A DNA stretch of 64,000 bases, taken from positions 372,001 to 436,000 of the forward strand of contig OZ024741.1 in NCBI GenBank assembly GCA_964016885.1, read 5' to 3'. Under the pieces are notes generated by a model. That model was not told the origin of the DNA. It did no database searches and worked only from the letters and a program-made list of their open reading frames with translations. The position numbers and the translations under genes were made by a program. The DNA comes from Eledone cirrhosa (Eukaryota). Each line of letters begins with the position of its first letter. The first letter of the stretch is position 1. Shown here piece by piece: positions 42,401 through 55,264 of the stretch.

Positions 42401-45400
42401 GCCTATATCTGCTTACCTCTCATGGTCAATTGGCTATAACTGCTTACCTTTCAAGGTCCATTGGCTTAGGCTGCTTACCTTTCATGGTCCATTGGCTATA
42501 GCTGCTTACCTTTCATGTTTACTTGGCTATAGCTGCTTACCTTTCATGGTTAATTGGCTATATCTGCTTACCTTTCATGGTCAATTGTCTATAGCTGATT
42601 ACCTCTCATGGTCCATTGGCTATAGCTGCTTACCTTTCATGGTCAATTGGCTGTAGCTGCTTACCTTTCGTGGTCCATTGGCTATAGCTGCATATTTTTC
42701 ATGATCAATTGGCTATAGCTGCTTACCTTTCGTGGTCCATTGGCTATAGCTGCTTACCTTTCATTGTCCATTGGCTATAGCTGCATACCTTTCATGATCA
42801 ATTGGCTATAGCTGCTTACCTTTCATGGTCCATTGGCTATAGCTGCTTACTTTTCATGGTCCATTAGTTATAGCTGCCTACCTTTCATGGTCCATTGGCT
42901 ATAGCTGCTTACCTTTCATGTTTACTTGGCTATAGGTGCCTACATTTTATCGTCATTTTGGCTATAGCTGCTTACCTTTCATGGTCCATTGGTTATAGCT
43001 GCCTACCTTTCATTGTCCATTGGCTATAGATGCTTACCTTTTATGGTCATTTGGCTGTAGCTGCTTACTTTTCTTGGTCCATTGGCTATAGCTGCATACC
43101 TTTCATGGTCCATTGGCTATAGCTGCTTACCTTTCATGGTCATTTGGCTATAGCTGCTTACCTTTCGTGGTCCATTGGCTATAGCTGCTTACCTTTCCTT
43201 GTCCATTTGCTTAGGCTGCTTACCTTTCATGGTCCATTGGCTGTAGCTGCTTACCTTTCAAGGTCCATTGGCTATAGCGACTTACCTTTCATGGTCAATT
43301 AGCTATAGCTGCTTACCTTTCATGGTCCATTGGCTATAGCTGCTTACCTTTCATGGTCCATTGGTTTAGACTGCTTACCTTTCATGGTCCATTGGCTGTA
43401 GCTGCTTACTTTTCATGGTTAATTGGCTATAGCTGCTTACCTTTCATGGTCAATTGGCTATGGCTGCTTACCTTTCATGGTCAATTGGCTACAGCTGCTT
43501 ACCTTTCATGGTCCATTGGTTTAGGCTGCTTACCTTTCATGCTCCATTGGCTATAGCTGCTTACCTTTCATGTTCCATTGGTTTAGGCTGCTTACCTTTC
43601 ATGGTCAATTGGCCATAGCTGCTGACCTTTCATGGTCCATTGGCTATAGCTGCTTACCTTTCACGGTCCATTGGTTTAGGCTGATTACCTTTCATGATCC
43701 ATTGGCTATAGCCTCCTACCTTTCATGGTCCATTGGCTATAGATGCTTCCCTTTCATGGTCCATTGGCTATAGCTACCTACCTTTCATGGTCCATTGGCT
43801 ATATCTGCCTACCTTTCATGGTCCATTGGCTATATCTGCCTACATTTTACGGTCCATTGGCTATAGCTGCTTCCCTTTTATGGTCCATTGGCTATAGCTG
43901 CTTACCTTTCATGGTCAATTGGCTATAGCTACCTACCTTTCATGGTCCATTGGCTATATCTGCCTACCTTTCATGGCCCATTGGCTATATCTGCCTACCT
44001 TTTACGGTCCATTGGCTATAGCTGCTTCCCTTTTATGGTCCATTGGCTATAGCTGCTTACCTTTCATGTTCCATTGGCTATAGCTGCTTACCTTTCATGG
44101 TCCATTGGCTAAGGCTGCTTACCTTTCATGGTCCATTGGCTATAGCTGCTTATTTTTCATGGTTCACTGGCTCTAGCTGCTTACCTTTCATGGTCAGTAG
44201 GCTATAGCTGCTTACCTTTCAAGGTCCATTGGCCTAGGCTGATTACCTTTCATGGTCCATTGGCTATAGTTGCTTACCTTTCATGGTCCATTGGCTATAG
44301 CTGCTTACCTTTCATGGTCCATTGGCTATAGCTGCCTACCTTTCAAGGTCCATTGGCTATAGCTGCTTAACTTTCATGGTCCATTGGCTATTGCTGCTTA
44401 CCTTTCAAGGTCCATTGGCTATAGCTGCTTACCTTTCATGGTCCATTGGCTATAGCTGCTTACCTTTCATGGTCCATTGGCTATTGCTGCTTACCTTTGA
44501 AGGTCCATTGGCTATAGCTGCTTACCTTTCAAGGTTCATTGGCTATAGATGCGTACTTTTCATGGTCCATTGGCTATAGCTGCTTAACTTTAATGGTCCA
44601 TTGGTTTAGGCTGCTTATCTTTCATGGTCATTTGCCTATATCTGCTTACCTCTCATGGTCAATTGGCTATAACTGCTTACCTTTCAAGGTCCATTGGCTT
44701 AGGCTGCTTACCTTTCATGGTCCATTGGCTATAGCTGCTTACCTTTCATGTTTACTTGGCTATAGCTGCTTACCTTTCATGGTTAATTGGCTATATCTGC
44801 TTACCTTTCATGGTCAATTGTCTATAGCTGATTACCTCTCATGGTCCATTGGCTATAGCTGCTTACCTTTCATGGTCAATTGGCTGTAGCTGCTTACCTT
44901 TCGTGGTCCATTGGCTATAGCTGCATATTTTTCATGATCAATTGGCTATAGCTGCTTACCTTTCGTGGTCCATTGGCTATAGCTGCTTACCTTTCATTGT
45001 CCATTGGCTATAGCTGCATACCTTTCATGATCAATTGGCTATAGCTGCTTACCTTTCATGGTCCATTGGCTATAGCTGCTTACTTTTCATGGTCCATTAG
45101 TTATAGCTGCCTACCTTTCATGGTCCATTGGCTATAGCTGCTTACCTTTCATGTTTACTTGGCTATAGGTGCCTACATTTTATCGTCATTTTGGCTATAG
45201 CTGCTTACCTTTCATGGTCCATTGGTTATAGCTGCCTACCTTTCATTGTCCATTGGCTATAGATGCTTACCTTTTATGGTCATTTGGCTGTAGCTGCTTA
45301 CTTTTCTTGGTCCATTGGCTATAGCTGCATACCTTTCATGGTCCATTGGCTATAGCTGCTTACCTTTCATGGTCATTTGGCTATAGCTGCTTACCTTTCG

Positions 45401-48400
45401 TGGTCCATTGGCTATAGCTGCTTACCTTTCCTTGTCCATTTGCTTAGGCTGCTTACCTTTCATGGTCCATTGGCTGTAGCTGCTTACCTTTCAAGGTCCA
45501 TTGGCTATAGCGACTTACCTTTCATGGTCAATTAGCTATAGCTGCTTACCTTTCATGGTCCATTGGCTATAGCTGCTTACCTTTCATGGTCCATTGGTTT
45601 AGACTGCTTACCTTTCATGGTCCATTGGCTGTAGCTGCTTACTTTTCATGGTTAATTGGCTATAGCTGCTTACCTTTCATGGTCAATTGGCTATGGCTGC
45701 TTACCTTTCATGGTCAATTGGCTACAGCTGCTTACCTTTCATGGTCCATTGGTTTAGGCTGCTTACCTTTCATGCTCCATTGGCTATAGCTGCTTACCTT
45801 TCATGTTCCATTGGTTTAGGCTGCTTACCTTTCATGGTCAATTGGCCATAGCTGCTGACCTTTCATGGTCCATTGGCTATAGCTGCTTACCTTTCACGGT
45901 CCATTGGTTTAGGCTGATTACCTTTCATGATCCATTGGCTATAGCCTCCTACCTTTCATGGTCCATTGGCTATAGATGCTTCCCTTTCATGGTCCATTGG
46001 CTATAGCTACCTACCTTTCATGGTCCATTGGCTATATCTGCCTACCTTTCATGGTCCATTGGCTATATCTGCCTACATTTTACGGTCCATTGGCTATAGC
46101 TGCTTCCCTTTTATGGTCCATTGGCTATAGCTGCTTACCTTTCATGGTCAATTGGCTATAGCTACCTACCTTTCATGGTCCATTGGCTATATCTGCCTAC
46201 CTTTCATGGCCCATTGGCTATATCTGCCTACCTTTTACGGTCCATTGGCTATAGCTGCTTCCCTTTTATGGTCCATTGGCTATAGCTGCTTACCTTTCAT
46301 GTTCCATTGGCTATAGCTGCTTACCTTTCATGGTCCATTGGCTTAGGCTACTTACCTTTCATGGTCCATTGGCTATAGCTGCTTATTTTCCATGGTTCAC
46401 TGGCTCTAGCTGCTTACCTTTCATGGTCAGTAGGCTATAGCTGCTTACCTTTCAAGGTCCATTGGCCTAGGCTGATTACCTTTCATGGTCCATTGGCTAT
46501 AGTTGCTTACCTTTCATGGTCCATTGGCTATAGCTGCTTACCTTTCATGGTTATTAGGCTATAGCTGCTTACCTTTCAAGGTCCATTGGCTATAGCTGCC
46601 TACCTTTGAAGGTCCATTAGCTATAGCTGCTTAACTTTCAAAGTCCATTGGCTATTGCTGCTTACCTTTGAAGGTCCATTGGCTATAGCTGCTTACCTTT
46701 CATGGTCCATTGGCTATAGCTGCTTACCTTTCATGGTCCATTGGCTATTGCTGCTTACCTTTGAAGGTCCATTGGCTATCGCTGCTTACCTTTCAAGATT
46801 CATTCGCTATAGATGCGTACTTTTCATGGTCCATTGGCTATAGCTGCTTACCTTTCGTGGTCCATTAGCTATAGCTGCTTACCTTTCATGGTCCATTGGC
46901 TATAGCTGCTTAACTTTCATGCTCCATTGGTTTAGGCTGCTTACCTTTCATGTTCCATTGGCTTAGGCTGCTTACCTTTCATGGTCAATTAGCTATAGCT
47001 GCTTACCTTTCATGGTCTATTGGCTATAGCTGCTTACCTTTCAAGGTCCATTGGCTATAGCTGCTGACCTTTCATGGTCCATAGGCTAAGGCTGCTTACC
47101 TTTCGTGGTCCAGTGGCTCTAGCTGCTTACTTTTCATGGTCAGCAGCCTATAGCTCCTTACCGTCCATTGGTTATAGCTGACTACCTTTCGTGGTCCATT
47201 GGCTATAGCTGCTTACCTTTAATGGTCCATTGGCTATAGCTGCTTGCCTTACATGGTCAATAGGCTATAGCTGCTTACCTTTCATGGTCAATTGGCTATA
47301 GCTACCTACCTTTCATGGTCCATTGGCTATATTTGCCTACCTTTCATGGCCCATTGGCTATATCTGCCTACCTTTTACGGTCCATTGGCTATAGCTGCTT
47401 CCCTTTTATGGTCCATTGGCTATAGCTGCTTACCTTTCATGTTCCATTGGCTATAGCTGCTTATCTTTCATGGTCCATTGGCTTAGGCTGCTTACCTTTC
47501 ATGGTCCATTGGCTATAGCTGCTTATTTTTCATGGTTCACTGGCTCTAGCTGCTTACCTTTCATGGTCAGTAGGCTATAGCTGCTTACCTTTCAAGGTCC
47601 ATTGGCCTAGGCTGATTACCTTTCATGGTCCATTGGCTATAGTTGCTTACCTTTCATGGTCCATTGGCTATAGCTGCTTACCTTTCATGGTTATTAGGCT
47701 ATAGCTGCTTACCTTTCAAGGTCCATTGGCTATAGCTGCCTACCTTTCAAGGTCCATTGGCTATAGCTGCTTAACTTTCAAGGTCCATTGGCTATTGCTG
47801 CTTACCTTTCAAGGTCCATTGGCTATAGCTGCTTACCTTTCATGGTCCATTGGCTATAGCTGCTTACCTTTCATGGTCCATTGGCTAATGCTGCTTACCT
47901 TTGAAGGTCCATTGGCTATAGCTGCTTACCTTTCAAGGTTCATTGGCTATAGATGCGTACTTTTCATGGTCCATTGGCTATAGCTGCTTAACTTTAATGG
48001 TCCATTGGTTTAGGCTGCTTATCTTTCATGGTCATTTGCCTATATCTGCTTACCTCTCATGGTCAATTGGCTATAACTGCTTACCTTTCAAGGTCCATTG
48101 GCTTAGGCTGCTTACCTTTCATGGTCAATTGCCTATAGCTGCTTACCTTTCAAGGACCATTGGCTTAGGCTGCTTACCTCTCATGGTCAATTGGCTATAA
48201 CTGCTTACCTTTCAAGGTCCATTGGCTTAGGCTGCTTACCTTTCATGGTCCATTGGCTATAGCTGCTTACCTTTCATGTTTACTTGGCTATAGCTGCTTA
48301 CCTTTCATGGTTAATTGGCTATATCTGCTTACCTTTCATGGTCAATTGTCTATAGCTGATTACCTCTCATGGTCCATTGGCTATAGCTGCTTACCTTTCA

Positions 48401-51400
48401 TGGTCAATTGGCTGTAGCTGCTTACCTTTCGTGGTCCATTGGCTATAGCTGCATATTTTTCATGATCAATTGGCTATAGCTGCTTACCTTTCGTGGTCCA
48501 TTGGCTATAGCTGCTTACCTTTCATTGTCCATTGGCTATAGCTGCATACCTTTCATGATCAATTGGCTATAGCTGCTTACCTTTCATGGTCCATTGGCTA
48601 TAGCTGCTTACTTTTCATGGTCCATTAGTTATAGCTGCCTACCTTTCATGGTCCATTGGCTATAGCTGCTTACCTTTCATGTTTACTTGGCTATAGGTGC
48701 CTACATTTTATCGTCATTTTGGCTATAGCTGCTTACCTTTCATGGTCCATTGGTTATAGCTGCCTACCTTTCATTGTCCATTGGCTATAGATGCTTACCT
48801 TTTATGGTCATTTGGCTGTAGCTGCTTACTTTTCTTGGTCCATTGGCTATAGCTGCTTACCTTTCATGGTCATTTGGCTATAGCTGCTTACCTTTCGTGG
48901 TCCATTGGCTATAGCTGCTTACCTTTCCTTGTCCATTTGCTTAGGCTGCTTACCTTTCATGGTCCATTGGCTGTAGCTGCTTACCTTTCAAGGTCCATTG
49001 GCTATAGCGACTTACCTTTCATGGTCAATTAGCTATAGCTGCTTACCTTTCATGGTCCATTGGCTATAGCTGCTTACCTTTCATGGTCCATTGGTTTAGA
49101 CTGCTTACCTTTCATGGTCCATTGGCTGTAGCTGCTTACTTTTCATGGTTAATTGGCTATAGCTGCTTACCTTTCATGGTCAATTGGCTATGGCTGCTTA
49201 CCTTTCATGGTTATTAGGCTATAGCTGCTTACCTTTCAAGGTCCATTGGCTATAGCTGCCTACCTTTCAAGGTCCATTGGCTATAGCTGCTTAACTTTCA
49301 AAGTCCATTGGCTATTGCTGCTTACCTTTCAAGGTCCATTGGCTATAGCTGCTTACCTTTCATGGTCCATTGGCTATAGCTGCTTACCTTTCATGGTCCA
49401 TTGGCTATTGCTGCTTACCTTTGAAGGTCCATTGGCTATAGCTGCTTACCTTTCAAGATTCATTCGCTATAGATGCGTACTTTTCATGGTCCATTGGCTA
49501 TAGCTGCTTACCTTTCGTGGTCCATTAGCTATAGCTGCTTACCTTTCATGGTCCATTGGCTATAGCTGCTTAACTTTCATGCTCCATTGGTTTAGGCTGC
49601 TTACCTTTCATGTTCCATTGGCTTAGGCTGCTTACCTTTCATGGTCAATTAGCTATAGCTGCTTACCTTTCATGGTCTATTGGCTATAGCTGCTTACCTT
49701 TCAAGGTCCATTGGCTATAGCTGCTGACCTTTCATGGTCCATAGGCTAAGGCTGCTTACCTTTCGTGGTCCAGTGGCTCTAGCTGCTTACTTTTCATGGT
49801 CAGCAGCCTATAGCTCCTTACCGTCCATTGGTTATAGCTGACTACCTTTCGTGGTCCATTGGCTATAGCTGCTTACCTTTCATGGTCAATTGGCTTAGGC
49901 TGCTTACCTTTCATGGTCCATTGCCTATAGCTGCTTACCTTTCATGGTCCATTGGCTATAGCTGCTTACCTTTAATGGTCCATTGGCTATAGCTGCTTGC
50001 CTTACATGGTCAATAGGCTATAGCTGACTACCTTTCATGGTCCATTTGCTATATCTGCCTTCCTTTGATGGTCCATTGTCTATAGCTGCTTACCTTTCAT
50101 GGTCCATTGGCTATAGCTGCTTACCTTTTATGGTCAGTTGGCTATAGCTGCTTACCTTTTATGGTCAGTTGGCTATAGCTGCTTACATGTTATGGTCCAT
50201 TGGCTATAGCTGCTAACCTTTCATGGTTAATTGGCTATAGCTGCTTACCTTTCATGGTCAATTGGCTAGGGCTGCTTACCTTTCATGGTTAATTGGCTAT
50301 AGCTGCTTACCTTTCATGGTCAATTGGCTAGAGCTGCTTACCTTTCATGGTCAATTGGCTATAGCTGCTTACCTATCATGGTCAATTGGCTATAGCTGCT
50401 TACCTTTTATGGTCCATTGGCTATAGCTGCTTACCTTTTATGGTCCATTGGCTATAGCTGCTTACCGTTCATGGTCCATTGGCTATAGCTGCTTATCTTT
50501 CATGGTCCATTGGCTATATCTGCTTACCTTTCATGGTCAATTGGCTAGAGCTGCTTACCTTTCATGGTCAATTGGCCTATGCCTCTTACCATTTATGGTC
50601 CATTGGCTATATCTGCTTACTTTTCATGGTCCATTGGCTATATCTTCTTACCTTTCATGGTCCATTGGCTATAGCTGCTTACCTTTCATGGTCTATTTGT
50701 TTAGGCTGCTTACCTTTCATGGTCCATTGGCCACAGCTGCTTACCTTTCGTGGTCCATTTGCTATAGCTGCTTACCTTTTATGGTCCATTGGCTATAGCT
50801 GCTTACCTTTCATAGTCCATTGGCTATAGCGGCTTACCTTTCATGGTCAATAGGCTATAGCTGCCTACCTTTCATGGTCCATTTGCTATATCTGCCTTCC
50901 TTTGATGGTCCATTGGCTATAGCTGCTTACCTTTCGTGGTCCATTGGCTATAGCTGCTTACCTTTCATGGTCATTTGGCTTAGGCTGCTTACCTTTCATG
51001 GTCCATTGCCTATAGCTGCTTACCTTTCATGGTCCATTGGCTATAGCTGCTTACCTTTCATGGTCCATTGGTTTAGGCTGCTTACCTTTCATGGTCCATT
51101 GGCTATAGCTGCCTACCTTTCATGGTCCATTTGCTATATCTGCCTTCCTTAGATGGTGCATTGTCTATAGCTGCTTACCTTTCATGGTCTATTGACTATA
51201 GCTGCTTACCTTTCATGGTCCATTGACTATAGCTGCTTACCTTTCGTGGTCCATTGGCTATAGCTGCTTACCTTTCATGGTCAATTGGCTTAGGCTGCTT
51301 ACCTTTCATGGTCCATTGCCTATAGCTGCTTACCTTTCATGGTCCATTGGCTTAGGCTGCTTACCTTTCATTGTCCATTGGCTTAGGCTGCTTACCTTTC

Positions 51401-54400
51401 ATGCCACATTGGCTATAGCTGCTCACCTTTCATGGTCCATTGACTATAGCTGCCTACCTTGCATGGTCCATTGGCTATAGCTGCCTACCTTTCATGGTCC
51501 ATTGGCTATATCTGCCTACCTTTCATGGTCTATTGGCTATATCTCCCTACCTTTTACGGTCCATTGGCTATAGCTGCTTACCTTTCATGTTCCATTGGCT
51601 TAGGCTGCTTACCTTTCATGGTCAATTAGCTATAGCTGCTTACCTTTCATGGTCTATTGGCTATAGCTGCTTACCTTTCAAGGTCCATTGGCTATAGCTG
51701 CTGACCTTTCATGGTCCATAGGCTAAGGCTGCTTACCTTTCGTGGTCCATTGGCTCTAGCTGCTTACTTTTCATGGTCAGCAGCCTATAGCTCCTTACCT
51801 TTCATGGTCCATTGGTTATAGCTGCCTACCTTTCATGGTCCATTGGCTATAGCTGCTTATCTTTCATGGTCCACTGGCTCTAGCTGCTTACCTTTCATGG
51901 TCAGTAGGCTATAGCTGCTTACCTTTCATAGTCCATTGGCTATAGATGCTTACCTTTCATGGTCCATTGGCTATAGCTGCTTAACTTTAATGGTCCATTG
52001 GTTTAGGCTGATTATCTTTCATGGTCATTTGCCTATAACTGCTTACCTTTCAAGGTCCATTGGCTTAGGCTGCTTACCTTTCATGGTCAATTGCCTATAG
52101 CTGCTTACCTTTCAAGGACCATTGGCTTAGGCTGCTTACCTTTCATGGTCCATTGGCTATAGCTGCTTACCTTTCATGGTTAATTGGCTATATCTGCTTA
52201 CCTTTCATGGTCAATTGTCTATAGCTGATTACCTCTCATGGTCCATTGGCTATAGCTGCTTACCTTTCATGGTCAATTGGCTGTAGCTGCTTACCTTTCG
52301 TGGTCCATTGGCTATAGCTGCTTACCTTCCATTGGCTATAGCTGCTTACATTTCATGGTCCATTAGTTATAGCTGCCTACCTTTCATGGTCCATTGGCTA
52401 TAGCTGCTTACCTTTCATGTTTACTTGGCTATAGGTACCTACATTTTATCGTCATTTGGCTATAGCTGCTTACCTTTCATGGTCCATTGGTTATAGCTGC
52501 CTACCTTTCATTGTCCATTGGCTATAGATGCTTACCTTTTATGGTCATTTGGCTATAGCTGCTTACTTTTCTTGGTCCATTGGCTATAGCCTCCTACCTT
52601 TCATGGTCCATTGGCTATAGATGCTTCCCTTTCATGGTCCATTGGCTATAGCTACCTACCTTTCATGGTCCATTGGCTATATCTGCCTACCTTTCATGGT
52701 CCATTGGCTATATCTGCCTACCTTTCATGGTCCATTGGCTATAGCTGCTTCCCTTTTATGGTCCATTGGCTATAGCTGCTTCCCTTTTATGGTCAATTGG
52801 CTATAGCTACCTACCTTTCATGGTCCATTGGCTATATCTGCCTACCTTTCATGGTACATTGGCTATATCTGCCTACCTTTTACGGTCCATTGGCTATAGC
52901 TGCTTCCCTTTTATGGTCCATTGGCTATAGCTGCTTACCTTTCATGTTCCATTGGCTATAGCTGCTTACCTTTCATGGTCCATTGGCTTAGGCTGCTTAC
53001 CTTTCATGGTCCATTGGCTATAGCTGCTTATTTTTCATGGTTCACTGGCTCTAGCTGCTTACCTTTCATGGTCAGTAGGCTATAGCTGCTTACCTTTCAA
53101 GGTCCATTGGCCTAGGCTGATTACCTTTCATGGTCCATTGGCTATAGTTGCTTACCTTTCATGGTCCATTGGCTATAGCTGCTTACCTTTCATGGTTATT
53201 AGGCTATAGCTGCTTAACTTTCAAGGTCCATTGGCTATTGCTGCTTACCTTTCAAGGTCCATTGACTATAGCTGCTTACCTTTCATGGTCCATTGGCTAT
53301 AGCTGCTTACCTTTCATGGTCCATTGGCTATTGCTGCTTACCTTTCAAGGTTCATTGGCTATAGCTGCTTACTTTTCATGGTCCATTGGCAATAGCTGCT
53401 TACCTTTCGTGGTCCATTAGCTATAGCTGCTTACCTTTCATGGTCCATTGGCTATAGCTGCTTAACTTTCATGCTCCATTGGTTTAGGCTGCTTACCTTT
53501 CATGTTCCATTGGCTTAGGCTGCTTACCTTTCATGGTCAATTAGCTATAGCTGCTTACCTTTCATGGTCTATTGGCTATAGCTGCTTACCTTTCAAGGTC
53601 CATTGGCTATAGCTGCTGATCTTTCATGGTCCATAGGCTAAGGCTGCTTACCTTTCGTGGTCCAGTGGCTCTAGCTGCTTACTTTTCATGGTCAGCAGCC
53701 TATAGCTCCTTACCTTTCATTGTCCATTGGTTATAGCTGCTTACCTTTCATGGTCAATTGGCTTAGGCTGCTTACCTTTCATGGTCCATTGCCTATAGCT
53801 GCCTACCTTTCGTGGTCCATTGGCTATAGCTGCTTACCTTTCATGGTCAATTGGCTTAGGCTGCTTACCTTTCATGGTCCATTGCCTATAGCTGCTTACC
53901 TTTCATGGTCCATTGGCTATAGCTGCTTACCTTTAATGGTCCATTGGCTATAGCTGCTTGCCTTACATGGTCAATAGGCTATAGCTGACTACCTTTCATG
54001 GTCCATTTGCTATATCTGCCTTCCTTTGATGGTCCATTGTCTATAGCTGCTTACTTTTCATGGTCCATTGGCTATAGCTGCTTACCTTTTATGGTCAGTT
54101 GGCTATAGCTGCTTACCTTTTATGGTCAGTTGGCTATAGCTGCTTACCTTTCATGGTCCATTGGCTATAGCTGCTAACCTTTCATGGTTAATTGGCTATA
54201 GCTGCTTACCTTTCATGGTCAATTGGCTAGAGCTGCTTACCTTTCATGGTTAATTGGCTATAGCTGCTTACCTTTCATGGTCAATTGGCTAGAGCTGCTT
54301 ACCTTTCATGGTCTATTGACTATAGCTGCTTACCTTTCATGGTCCATTGACTATAGCTGCTTACCTTTCATGGTCCATTGACTATAGCTGCTTACCTCTC

Positions 54401-54900
54401 ATGGTCAATTGGCTTAGGCTGCTTACCTTTCATGGTCCATTGCCTATAGCTGCTTACCTTTCATGGTCCATTGGCTATAGCTGCTTACTTTTCATGGTCC
54501 ATTGGTTTAGGCTGCTTACCTTTCATGGTCCATTGGCTATAGCTGCTTGCCTTACATGGTCAATAGGCTATAGCTGACTACCTTTCATGGTCCATTGTCT
54601 ATAGCTGCTTGCCTTTCATGGTCAATTAGCTATAGCTGCATACCTTGCATGATCCATTGGCTATAGCTGCCTACCTTTCATGGTCCATTGGCTATATTTT
54701 CCTACCTTTAATGGTCCATTGGCTATATCTGCCTACCTTTTACGGTCCATTGGCTATAGCTGCTTACCTTTCATGTTCCATTGGCTTAGGCTGCTTACCT
54801 TTCCTTGGTCCATTGGCTATAGCTGCTTACCTTTTATGGTCTATTGGCTAGAGCTGCTTACCTTTTCATGGTCAATTAGCCCTGACTGTATCTTTCATGG
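15420..54900 (+). repeat. 31-bp tandem satellite, consensus GGTCCATTGGCTATAGCTGCTTACCTTTCAT, about 39.5 kb and about 1270 units, with higher-order repeats; degenerate fringes reach about 15230 and about 54960
   Basis: Continuous 31-bp periodicity in a single orientation with no interrupting insertions seen. It lies wholly inside the intron 15203-55153. Confidence 0.98.
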
Positions 54901-55153
54901 ATCACTAAATATGGTTGCATATCTTCCATTGTCCAGATTTATGGTTCATTAACTTTCATGGCTCTCAAAATATACTGGGTGTTATTTATTACTCCACCCA
55001 CACCAGAGAGGTTGTCAAGTCTTCAATATGACTGAAAAGTCTTTTATACTCTATGATGATGGTGTTGGCAGTGGCGGTGGGGGTGAATACAAAGAACGCA
55101 ATAGGGATTTATACATTCTTAATATTTGTTTGTTTTTTCTTTGTTCTGTCTAG

Positions 55154-55242
55154 ATGAAGATCAGTCTCATGTTGAAGCTGTATGGGAAGGAAGTAACCTA
55201 TTGGCCACTATAACTACACCCAACGATACCTACTCTATTGAG
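55154..55242 (+). CDS. ADAM17: ADAM17/TACE-like prodomain exon (equivalent to vertebrate exon 4), 89 bp, phase 1 to 0
   Basis: Acceptor ttttctttgttctgtctag|AT, donor GAG|gtgagc. Translates to (D)EDQSHVEAVWEGSNLLATITTPNDTYSIE, compared with ADAM17 '[29 protein letters not shown]'. Phases match both neighbours. Confidence 0.93.
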
Positions 55243-55264
55243 GTGAGCTCAAATAGAAATAACA

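Noticed and set aside
15420-54900. CRISPR-like array (31-bp repeat with internal palindrome)
   Set aside because: Units are head-to-tail with no unique spacers, there are no cas genes, and the context is a eukaryotic intron.
15420-54900. TTAGGC/TTTAGG variants suggesting telomeric repeats
   Set aside because: These are single hexamers arising as monomer variants of CTATAG and never occur in tandem.
17064-54952. Hydrophobic ORFs that look like membrane proteins (LLTFHGPLAIAAYLSWSIGYSCLPFMVHWL)
   Set aside because: These are translation artefacts of a 31-bp unit cycling through frames. ORFs appear only where the TAG is mutated.
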